61,279 nt of DNA, from assembly GCA_031257315.1 (NCBI GenBank), contig JAIROW010000035.1:1-61279 (forward strand). The letters are read 5' to 3'. A model generated the notes under the pieces. That model made no database searches, was not told the DNA's origin, and saw only the letters and a program-made list of their open reading frames with translations. The translations under genes were made by a program, and so were the position numbers. Shown here in pieces: positions 1 to 8,201 of this stretch. Each line of letters begins with the position of its first letter. Position 1 is the stretch's first letter. This stretch comes from Prevotellaceae bacterium. Lineage in GTDB: Bacteria; Bacteroidota; Bacteroidia; Bacteroidales; UBA932.

Positions 1-123
1 AAAATGAATTAAATGAAATAATCCGTATAAACCGTATCATAAACGATACCTTTTTGCCATTCAATCCAGAGACACGATGTATCGCGTCTCTACTCTGGTT
101 GTTGTAATTTCAAAAAAAAACGC

Positions 124-131
124 TAACTTTG
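124..131 (+). promoter_or_regulatory. Candidate Bacteroidetes -7 promoter box (TAacTTTG), downstream target unclear
   Basis: Matches the TAnnTTTG consensus. No recognisable gene follows for ~200 nt. Confidence 0.3.
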
Positions 132-617
132 CGCCTTTAAACTAATAAAGCATCAGAGCATGATACGTAAATTCACAGCAGGGACAGAAGCAAACCACCC
201 TAATAATAAAGAGTTTGCAGGCAAGGCGCAGATGCTGGAGGTTCTGTGCGGAGTATTAACGCAACTATTATAATATCATATTTTCGGTTTTGTCAAGTGT
301 TTTTTTACATAAATTTTCAGCAAAAAAGAGGTATTTGAGAAACGTAATTATTCTTGCAGATGCAGCATAATATCCCCAATGGAACATTATACGGCATAAT
401 TATTAATGCAGGTGCAAGATATAATCCTACGTTATGCGCCATTGGTTTTGAATTAGTTGGAAAATATTTTGGAAAATATTATGGAATAGGGCTTGACAAA
501 AATAAAAAAATAAAGTATGGTCTAATAGACAGTTGACAAAAGGAGAATTTTTATGTATAATTCAACAGGCAACAGGCAACAATACTGTTCTTATCTAATA
601 ACAATATAACATTACCT

Positions 618-1172
618 TTGTTTAATTATTTAAAGAATAAAAATGAAAATATTATTTATTTTGAAAATAAAATAACCCCTGATTTTATAAAAGAAAATAA
701 TATTAACTTAATAATAAGTTATAATTATAGGATAATCATAAAACCTGAAATAATAAATTTACTGCCGCATAAAATTATTAATTTACATATATCATATTTA
801 CCTTATAACAGAGGAGCAAGTCCTAATATTTGGAGTTTTATAGAAAATACTCCTTGTGGTGTTACTATACACGAAATAGACAGTGGAATTGATACAGGCG
901 ATATATTAATACAGGAACAAATAAAATATGATTATGAAAAAGAAACGCTTGAAACAGCATATATTAAATCTAATAAAAAAATACAGGAATTATTTTGTAA
1001 AAATTGGAACAAATTAAAAAATGGGCAAATAATTCCACAAAAACAAAAAAATACAGGAACATTTCATTTAGCAAAAGAATTAGATAATTATAAAGAAATT
1101 ATAGACTATAAAGATACAATAAAAATATTTTTAGAGAAAATAAAAAATAAAAGCAAAACCAACGGCGTATAA
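618..1172 (+). CDS. Formyltransferase-family protein (sugar N-formyltransferase/PurN-Fmt fold), apparently frameshifted or N-terminally truncated
   Basis: Carries the motif HISYLPYNRGASPNIW followed by TIHEIDSGIDTGDIL (formyl_trans_N catalytic core). The track start is a TTG. The same frame stays open upstream to 561 and encodes ILFLSNNNITLPLF (typical beta1-helix), but the only ATG (553) is in another frame. Confidence 0.6.
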   Translation: MFNYLKNKNENIIYFENKITPDFIKENNINLIISYNYRIIIKPEIINLLPHKIINLHISYLPYNRGASPNIWSFIENTPCGVTIHEIDSGIDTGDILIQEQIKYDYEKETLETAYIKSNKKIQELFCKNWNKLKNGQIIPQKQKNTGTFHLAKELDNYKEIIDYKDTIKIFLEKIKNKSKTNGV

Positions 1173-1777
1173 CAGGTACTGTATGCGCTACGCCGCCTAC
1201 GGCGGCTTGGCCTACGAAAAACCGCAATCGGGGCTTACGCCCCTTTATGCGGTTTTTCTCCGGCACATTTTTTTGCGCCCTGAAACCGCTGCGCGGTTTC
1301 TCTATCGCGGCGGGCAAAACGTCGCATACAACCTGAACGTTATATGCAATGCCGCCTAAAATCTTGTTAAAATTGGAGTGGAGTTTAGCGGCGATAAAGA
1401 TGAAAGAAACGTAGCAAGATGGGGTGGTTGCTGCAAATGTACGATTTCACAATTGTCCGACTAAAATTCGAGCAATCAACAGAGTTATTGCTTGAAGATG
1501 TTTCCAAATTAAGAATTATTTAACTGCACGGATTACAGATTCGCACGAATGGAGAATATCCTGTCCGTCATATTTCTCCCTTTGCTGGTTTTCTCAGTTT
1601 TTTCGGGTATAAACAGCGCATCGGAAGCCGCTTGTTTGAAATAATTAATATTGAATTTAAGAAAAACAAACCTTTAAACGATTTTATAAATACATGTAAA
1701 TTAATTGATTGTAAAAATATCGTGTTAAAAATAATTATTTATTGCAAACTTGTTGTTGCAAAATAAAAATTTAGTCG

Positions 1778-1785
1778 TACCTTTG
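1778..1785 (+). promoter_or_regulatory. -7 promoter box TAccTTTG for tRNA-Leu
   Basis: TAnnTTTG consensus lies 12 nt upstream of the tRNA 5' end. Confidence 0.55.
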
Positions 1786-1796
1786 CACTCCGATAA

Positions 1797-1882
1797 GCCT
1801 TGGTGGTGGAATTGGTAGACACGCAGGACTTAAAATCCTGTGAGCAGCAATGTTCATGCGGGTTCAATTCCCGCCCGAGGTA
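1797..1882 (+). tRNA. tRNA-Leu (anticodon TAA), class II with long variable arm
   Basis: Acceptor stem GCCTTGG/CCGAGGT (two G-U pairs), anticodon loop CTTAAAA, T arm GCGGG-TTCAATT-CCCGC, long variable arm. CCA is not encoded. Confidence 0.85.
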
Positions 1883-1890
1883 CATAAGAT

Positions 1891-1928
1891 GGACTTTTCC
1901 GTACTTTTAGGGGAAAAGTCCTTTTTTT
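1891..1928 (+). terminator. Rho-independent terminator after tRNA-Leu
   Basis: 10-bp stem GGACTTTTCC/GGAAAAGTCC followed by T7. Confidence 0.75.
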
Positions 1929-1993
1929 ATTAAAATAAATACGGTAATTTTACAGCCGTTTTTTTGATGACTTTTTATATTAATACACTGTAT

Positions 1994-3313
1994 ATGAGAA
2001 CAATAGTAAAATTATGGGATAAAGGCAAAAGTTTTGAAACCGACAAATTTGTAGAATCTTTTACTGTCGGACGCGACAGGGAACTGGACATGAAGCTGGC
2101 GCGTTTCGATGTGCAGGGGTCTATGGCACATATCAAAATGCTTGAAAGTATCGGATTACTTGAAAAAAATGAACTGAACATTTTACTTGCAGAACTTGAA
2201 ACTATACTTAAAAACATTGAAGCTAATAACTTTGAAATTGAAGAAGGAATTGAAGATGTCCATTCGCAGATTGAATTGATGCTTACAAGAAAATTAGGCG
2301 AAACAGGAAAAAAGATACATTCAGGACGCTCGCGCAACGATCAGGTTCTGGTCGATTTAAAACTGTTTTTTAAATCAGAAATTACCGAAATAGCCTGCCT
2401 GTCCAAAGAACTGTTTTATACGCTGATTAATCTCAGCGAAACTCACAAAGATGTATTGATGCCGGGGTATACTCATTTTCAGATAGCTATGCCCTCGTCT
2501 TTCGGGCTGTGGTTCGGAGCTTATGCCGAATCCTTAGCCGACGATTTGCTAATTCTGGAAGCGTCTTACAAACAGGCAGATCAAAATCCGCTGGGTTCGG
2601 CTGCCGGATATGGTTCTTCTTTCCCGCTGAACAGGACAATGACCACAGAATTGCTGGGTTTCAGCGAATTGCACTACAATTCGGTAGCGGCGCAGATGTC
2701 GCGCGGAAAAACGGAAAAAGCTCTTGCTTACGCAATTGCAGCAATTGCCGGAACACTGTCGAAACTTGCCGGAGATATATGTCTGTATATGAGCCAGAAT
2801 TTTGGGTTTGTTTCGCTGCCAGACAGTTTTACTACCGGTTCAAGTATTATGCCCCACAAAAAAAATCCCGACATGTTTGAACTCATACGTGGAAAATGCA
2901 ACAGATTGCAGGCTTTGCCCAACGAATTAACTTTGACAACATGTAATTTACCTTCGGGTTATCACCGCGATCTCCAACTATTAAAAGAAATCATTTTTCC
3001 TGCAATAGACGAACTCAAAAACTGTCTCGTCGCTTCCGACAGAATGTTACGCAATATTATTGTTAATTCTGTAACAGACAATACGTTATATGACTGCATG
3101 TTTACTGTCGAAGATGTTAACCGGCTGACGCTTTCGGGTATTCCTTTTCGCGATTCTTACAGGGAAATAGCCATACAGGTACATAATAAAATGTATAAAC
3201 CCTGCCGAAAAGTATCGCATACGCACGAAGGAAGTATTGGAAATCTTTGTAATGATAAAATCACAGAAAAAATGGAAAAAAGATTTTCCACAATTGTTGT
3301 CAATCAGGAATAA
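1994..3313 (+). CDS. argH: Argininosuccinate lyase
   Basis: Fumarate-lyase signature GSSIMPHKKNPD, and an N-terminus KLWDKG typical of ArgH. The ATG at 1994 is preferred over the track TTG at 1964. Confidence 0.9.
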   Translation: MRTIVKLWDKGKSFETDKFVESFTVGRDRELDMKLARFDVQGSMAHIKMLESIGLLEKNELNILLAELETILKNIEANNFEIEEGIEDVHSQIELMLTRKLGETGKKIHSGRSRNDQVLVDLKLFFKSEITEIACLSKELFYTLINLSETHKDVLMPGYTHFQIAMPSSFGLWFGAYAESLADDLLILEASYKQADQNPLGSAAGYGSSFPLNRTMTTELLGFSELHYNSVAAQMSRGKTEKALAYAIAAIAGTLSKLAGDICLYMSQNFGFVSLPDSFTTGSSIMPHKKNPDMFELIRGKCNRLQALPNELTLTTCNLPSGYHRDLQLLKEIIFPAIDELKNCLVASDRMLRNIIVNSVTDNTLYDCMFTVEDVNRLTLSGIPFRDSYREIAIQVHNKMYKPCRKVSHTHEGSIGNLCNDKITEKMEKRFSTIVVNQE

Positions 3314-3365
3314 CTGTTTTATGTATAAAATATATTTAAAATAAAGCGTTTTAATTATAAATAAT

Positions 3366-4559
3366 ATGCCAGACATATCAAAAAAAGGAATGGAAATGCC
3401 GGCTTCGCCAATAAGGAAACTCGTTCCATGCGCCGAAAAAGCCAAATCAAAGGGAATCAAGGTATATCATTTGAATATAGGACAGCCTGATATTCCGTCG
3501 CCCGACGTGGCTATTGAAGCTGTGCGCAATTTCTCGGGAAAAATAATCGAATACGGACATTCAGCAGGAAATCTGTCGTATCGCAAAAATCTGGCAGAAT
3601 ACTATAACAGTCTGGGAATGAACATTACGCATGACAATATTCTTATTACCACCGGCGGTTCAGAAGCCCTTATAACAGCCTTTTGCATCTGTTTGAATCC
3701 GGGCGACGAGCTTATTGTTCCAGAACCATTTTATACGAATTATAATTCATTTGCCCTGCATTGCGACATAACGATTGTTCCTGTCGCTACCGAAATTGAA
3801 TCGGGTTTTGCTCTTCCTTCCATCGAAGAATTTGAAAAAGTTATAACTCCTAAAACAAAGGCTGTTATGCTCTGCAATCCGAATAATCCGACAGGATATG
3901 TGTATTCTGAAAACGAGCTTGAACGGATTAAAGAACTTGTTATAAAATATGATCTGTTTTTAATTTCAGACGAGGTTTATCGCGAATTTTGTTACACCAA
4001 CGAAAAATACTGTTCGTGCATGGATTTGAAAGGCATAGAAAATAATGTAATTTTAATAGATTCGACTTCAAAACGGTACAGTATGTGCGGGATACGCATT
4101 GGGGCGCTGGTTTCAAAAAACATAGAAGTAATCGACGCCGGTTTGCGTTCGTTCCAGGCACGACTGTGCGCTCCCGTTTTGGGACAAATTGCAGCCGAAG
4201 CAGCGCTTAAAACTGAAAGTAAATATTTTGCAGAAATACGCAATGAATATCTTGAACGGCGCAACTGTCTCACCGAAGGATTAAACCGCATACCCGGAGT
4301 TTTTTGCCCCGTGCCTGACGGCGCATTTTACACAATAGCACGATTACCGGTAAACGACGCCGAAGAGTTTGCAAAATGGCTGCTCGAAGAGTTTGATTAC
4401 AAACAACAGACTGTAATGCTTGCGCCGGCTGCCGGTTTTTATAAAACTAAAAACAAGGGTATCAACGAAGTACGTATTGCATACGTGCTTAAAAAAGCAG
4501 ATTTGCTCAATTCAGTCGAATGTCTGAAACATGCCCTCGAAAAATATGGATCGCGGTAA
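3366..4559 (+). CDS. Class I/II pyridoxal-phosphate aminotransferase (aspartate/alanine aminotransferase-like)
   Basis: NPNNPTG motif and SKRYSMCGIRIG (PLP-lysine region). Length 397 aa. Confidence 0.85.
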   Translation: MPDISKKGMEMPASPIRKLVPCAEKAKSKGIKVYHLNIGQPDIPSPDVAIEAVRNFSGKIIEYGHSAGNLSYRKNLAEYYNSLGMNITHDNILITTGGSEALITAFCICLNPGDELIVPEPFYTNYNSFALHCDITIVPVATEIESGFALPSIEEFEKVITPKTKAVMLCNPNNPTGYVYSENELERIKELVIKYDLFLISDEVYREFCYTNEKYCSCMDLKGIENNVILIDSTSKRYSMCGIRIGALVSKNIEVIDAGLRSFQARLCAPVLGQIAAEAALKTESKYFAEIRNEYLERRNCLTEGLNRIPGVFCPVPDGAFYTIARLPVNDAEEFAKWLLEEFDYKQQTVMLAPAAGFYKTKNKGINEVRIAYVLKKADLLNSVECLKHALEKYGSR

Positions 4560-4708
4560 ATCGTTAATAACAGAGTAAAAATTTTCACATCGTTAATATA
4601 TTGATAATTAAAAATATATGCGTAAACAGACATTAAAACAGACATGTTTCAATAAAAATGGCACACTTTTTGTTAATATACCACAATAAATAATTAAAAG
4701 AATTTATT

Positions 4709-7234
4709 ATGAGAACTGTAAGATTAAAATTGAATATAACGTTACAAACGCTTGTTTTTTCTGTATTTTGCGTTTCATTATACGCACAGTACCCTTTATC
4801 AATGAGTTACGAAAACATGAAGATTCAGATTTTTAAACCCGAAATAGAAAATTTTGATACCGATAAATTATCGTTTAAAGCAGCCCTGATGGTTTCTGAA
4901 AACGACGAAAACGTATTCGGCTCGTTCTGGGGCGATGCAAATGTACAGACCGACAGAAGTAACAGAACAGTACGGGTTACAAAGGTTTCTGTTAATGATT
5001 TACGTTTCCCCGACGGGTATGCCGCAAACAAAGAAAGCGGACTGATTAAAACTGTGGAAAAAAATCTGACCGGTTTGACCATTAAAATGGACGATATTCT
5101 GGCAGATTTGGAAAATGAACAGAACGAGCAAAAAGCCGGCAAATTAATGGATAATACCCCTCCGGTGATTTATTACAGCAGCCATCCGGCAATTCTGCTT
5201 ACAATTGATGGCGATCCTGTTTTGCAATCGACTGACACAAAAGATATTGAGATGATCGTAAATTCGCCGTTTCTGGTTCTCAAATATAAAAACAATTATT
5301 ATTTGAGCAATGGACAGTTATGGTATGAATCGAAATCGCCGCTTGCAGGCTGGGCGCCGCAGGCAAATGTCCCCGAAACTGTCAGACAGACAGCACAATC
5401 TCTGAAATCGGACGAAGAAAATGTTGTTTCAGAAAATTCTTTTTATCCCGAAGTTATAGTAAGTACAACTCCGGCGGAACTGATTCAAACCGACGGCGCT
5501 CCAACATTTTCGGTTATACCTGAAACCATGCTGCTGTATGTCAGCAATTCGTCAGACCAGATAGTGATGGATATAAAAAGTCAGATGTATTTTGTACTGC
5601 TTTCGGGTAGATGGTACTCGTCGGCAAAACTTGACGGAAACTGGAAATATATTGATTTCAACGACTTGCCAGCCGATTTTGCAAAAATACCCGAAGGTTC
5701 GACAAAAGACATACTTTTGGCAAGCGTACCGGGTACAAAAGCGGCGCAGGAAGCTGTAAGAGAATCACTTGTGCCGCAAGCAGCCATAGTGGACAGGAGC
5801 GTCGCCCAGACCGAAGTCGCTTACGACGGCGAACCGCAATTTGAAAATATTGAAGGCACAAACATGAAATATGCCGTAAACAGTTCGGGAACAGTTATAT
5901 ACGAAAACAGAAGATATTATGTTGTCGATAACGGCGTATGGTTTGCCGGATCAAGTCCAAGAGGTCCGTGGATTGTGAGCGACGTGCGTCCCGTACAAAT
6001 CAATATAATACCTCCGTCATATCCCGTTTACAATGCGCGTTTTGTGTATATTTACCATTCTACGCCAACGGCAGTATATGTCGGATATACAAGAGGTTAT
6101 CTTTCGACATACGTTACCGGCAGGCGTGTTGTGGTATATGGAACAGGCTGTCGATACCGTCCGTGGCGGGGTCATTGCTACTATCCGCGTCCATGTACAT
6201 GGGGCTATGGCGTTTCATACAGTCCATGGTCGGGCTGGTCAGTGAATTATATTTATGGTTCTGGCTGGTTTGGGTACTCATATCCAAATGCTTACCGTCA
6301 TTACTATCCGCACTATCGCTACACAGAGTACCGCCACCCATATCGCTGCGGCTGGTGGGGACCGTCGGTATATCGCCCTGCATACTGCGTACCTCACACT
6401 CATTATTATGGAAATCAACATGCACATGTGGCAACGTCGAACAGATACAATATTAATACAAATAATGCAAGATTTTCGGGCGGCAGACAGTCTCGAAACA
6501 ATAATATTTACACTTACAATGATAGCCGCAGAGGTGTAAGTTCGAGCAATTCAAGAGTTTTGTCGTCAACTTCACACGGCAGAGAAAATCTGACGAGAAC
6601 ATATTCGTATCAGGCTCGACCGTCATTATCAAATTCAAGAAATTCATCGACGTCAAATTCGAGAAACTCTTCATCAAGGACTTCCGATTCAAGAAGTTCA
6701 GTATCATCACGCAATCAAGGCTCTTCAAGTTTGACAAATTCTTCACGAAATTCAACCGTTTCCAGAACTCAAAATCCTGCACAGTCTTCTCAATCAGGCA
6801 GAAGCAGTTCGTTAACAGAGCAACAAAGCAGAAGCAGTTCGTCAACAAGGCAGCCGAGCCAAAGTTCATCGACGGAACAGCGAAATAGAAATAATTCAAC
6901 AACAACAAGTCGTAGCAATTCTACAACAACACCGACAACAAGTCGCAGCAGTTCTACAACAACACCGACAACAAGTCGTAGCAATTCGACAACAACAGCA
7001 CCGGCAACAAGTCGTAGCAATTCTACAACAACACCGGCAACAAGTCGCAGCAATTCTACAACAACACCGGCAACAAGCCGCAGCAGTTCTACAACAACAG
7101 CGCCGGCAAGTCGTAGCAGTTCAACAACACCGGCAACAAGCCGCAGCAGTTCAACAGCACCGGCAACAAGTCGTAGCAGTTCAACAGTGCCGGCAAGTCG
7201 CAGCAGTTCATCAACAACACGATCAAACCGTTAA
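4709..7234 (+). CDS. Secreted protein with a Tyr/Trp/Gly-rich (YxWGxW-like) region and a ~300-aa Ser/Thr/Arg/Asn low-complexity repeat tail
   Basis: Has a signal peptide, a WGYGVSYSPWSGWS segment, and about 10 in-frame 27-36-bp DNA repeats (TSRSNSTTTPA units) at 6905-7210. Confidence 0.7.
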   Translation: MRTVRLKLNITLQTLVFSVFCVSLYAQYPLSMSYENMKIQIFKPEIENFDTDKLSFKAALMVSENDENVFGSFWGDANVQTDRSNRTVRVTKVSVNDLRFPDGYAANKESGLIKTVEKNLTGLTIKMDDILADLENEQNEQKAGKLMDNTPPVIYYSSHPAILLTIDGDPVLQSTDTKDIEMIVNSPFLVLKYKNNYYLSNGQLWYESKSPLAGWAPQANVPETVRQTAQSLKSDEENVVSENSFYPEVIVSTTPAELIQTDGAPTFSVIPETMLLYVSNSSDQIVMDIKSQMYFVLLSGRWYSSAKLDGNWKYIDFNDLPADFAKIPEGSTKDILLASVPGTKAAQEAVRESLVPQAAIVDRSVAQTEVAYDGEPQFENIEGTNMKYAVNSSGTVIYENRRYYVVDNGVWFAGSSPRGPWIVSDVRPVQINIIPPSYPVYNARFVYIYHSTPTAVYVGYTRGYLSTYVTGRRVVVYGTGCRYRPWRGHCYYPRPCTWGYGVSYSPWSGWSVNYIYGSGWFGYSYPNAYRHYYPHYRYTEYRHPYRCGWWGPSVYRPAYCVPHTHYYGNQHAHVATSNRYNINTNNARFSGGRQSRNNNIYTYNDSRRGVSSSNSRVLSSTSHGRENLTRTYSYQARPSLSNSRNSSTSNSRNSSSRTSDSRSSVSSRNQGSSSLTNSSRNSTVSRTQNPAQSSQSGRSSSLTEQQSRSSSSTRQPSQSSSTEQRNRNNSTTTSRSNSTTTPTTSRSSSTTTPTTSRSNSTTTAPATSRSNSTTTPATSRSNSTTTPATSRSSSTTTAPASRSSSTTPATSRSSSTAPATSRSSSTVPASRSSSSTTRSNR

Positions 7235-7338
7235 AATTGAAACGTTAGTCGCCAAGCACCGCAAGGGCTGAAATCTCGAAAATCAACAGTGCAGGGTCGA
7301 TGTCTTGATAATAATACAATCGCAAAAGTGTAACTATG

Positions 7339-7374
7339 AAATGGCGCAGGCAAGGTTGTCTGCGCCATTTTTTG
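7339..7374 (+). terminator. Rho-independent terminator
   Basis: AAATGGCGCAG-loop-CTGCGCCATTT followed by a T run, ~100 nt after the stop at 7234. Confidence 0.75.
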
Positions 7375-7658
7375 GTGTGGGCGTTACGGTTTGCATGGCG
7401 ATTGACTTGCGCTGTTGCTTGCGGGCTTTATGCCTTTTTGGGCAGGGTGTTCAGTCTGATGTTCCGTGTTTTTATGCATAATTGATAAGAAAAAAGTGCG
7501 ATGAGAGTTCCGATTACTCTCTGTTGCTGACGCTGCTTTTTAAGCCGTGCCGTTGATACCGTTGATGAGACGTAAACAATGCCGCGCCAAATGCTGAAAG
7601 TTTCAGCCCTTTTTTAACAGCCTTTTCCATGCAGTGAAAAATCCTGTAAATGAAGGTG

Positions 7659-7790
7659 TTAATGGTTTTAGCAAAAAGGGTTAACCCTTTTACACAAAAG
7701 GGTTAATGGTTTTAGCAAAAAGGGTTAACCCTTTTACATAAAAGGGTTAATGGTTTTGGTCAAAATGGTTAATCATTTTGCCATGTATGC
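7659..7790. repeat. Phased 22-bp palindromic array (AAAAGGGTTAACCCTTTT alternating with GGGTTAATGG units), about 6 half-units
   Basis: TTAATGGTTTT recurs at 7659, 7703 and 7747 (44-bp period). GGGTTAACCC cores sit between these. Confidence 0.9.
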
Positions 7791-8201
7791 TAAAATGCAC
7801 AATCAGTCAAGATTGCATCGCTCGGTAGAAATGTAAGACAGATATATTCGCCAGCATACCAAAAGGCTGCATCATTACATGATGCAGAGGAAGGAAATAG
7901 CTGCATTTTTCAACCGAACGATGCATCTCTTCGAGATGCTGCTGCCTTTGGCGCGACTTGGAAATCCATCTTTTTTCTGTCTTATTTTTGGGTACATCAT
8001 TTTGAACACACTACTTTTTTCTGAAATAAAAACATTAAATGTCAATTCGATACATTAAACAAAATAATGACAGCACCTTTTAAATTGACTGAAAGTTAAA
8101 TGTAACTGTCAGAAAATTCAAGGCGCTGTCGCTTATATTTTTACAATCTATTTTCTAAATTCGGTAAACTGTATGATTTACAGTTTAAGCCTCAACGTGC
8201 G

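Noticed and set aside
246-261. A 16-nt exact match (GTGCGGAGTATTAACG) between 246-261 and 26504-26519, near the 5' end of the minus-strand gene 25262-26608. This suggested a possible trans-acting antisense sRNA.
   Set aside because: One or two 16-mer coincidences are expected by chance when both strands of a 61-kb window are compared with themselves. There is no flanking complementarity and no terminator for an sRNA.
354-536. A 60-aa TTG-initiated ORF (…GIIINAGARYNPTLCAIGFELVGKYFGKYYGIG…), considered as a possible small Gly-rich bacteriocin-like peptide.
   Set aside because: It has no leader or double-glycine motif, no ATG, and no neighbouring immunity or transport genes. It lies in the degraded AT-rich islet, so the evidence is insufficient.
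1099-1317. A 72-aa minus-strand ORF in a GC-rich patch.
   Set aside because: The patch consists of stacked hairpins (GAAAAACCGCA..TGCGGTTTTTC, GAAACCGC-tg-GCGGTTTC). It overlaps the 3' end of the formyltransferase gene, so it is probably a terminator or REP-like sequence.
6453-7053. Minus-strand ORFs of 151 and 87 aa (LLRLVVGVVVELLRLV...).
   Set aside because: They are antisense translations of the Ser/Thr/Arg tandem repeats of the 841-aa gene, so they are artefacts of low-complexity sequence.
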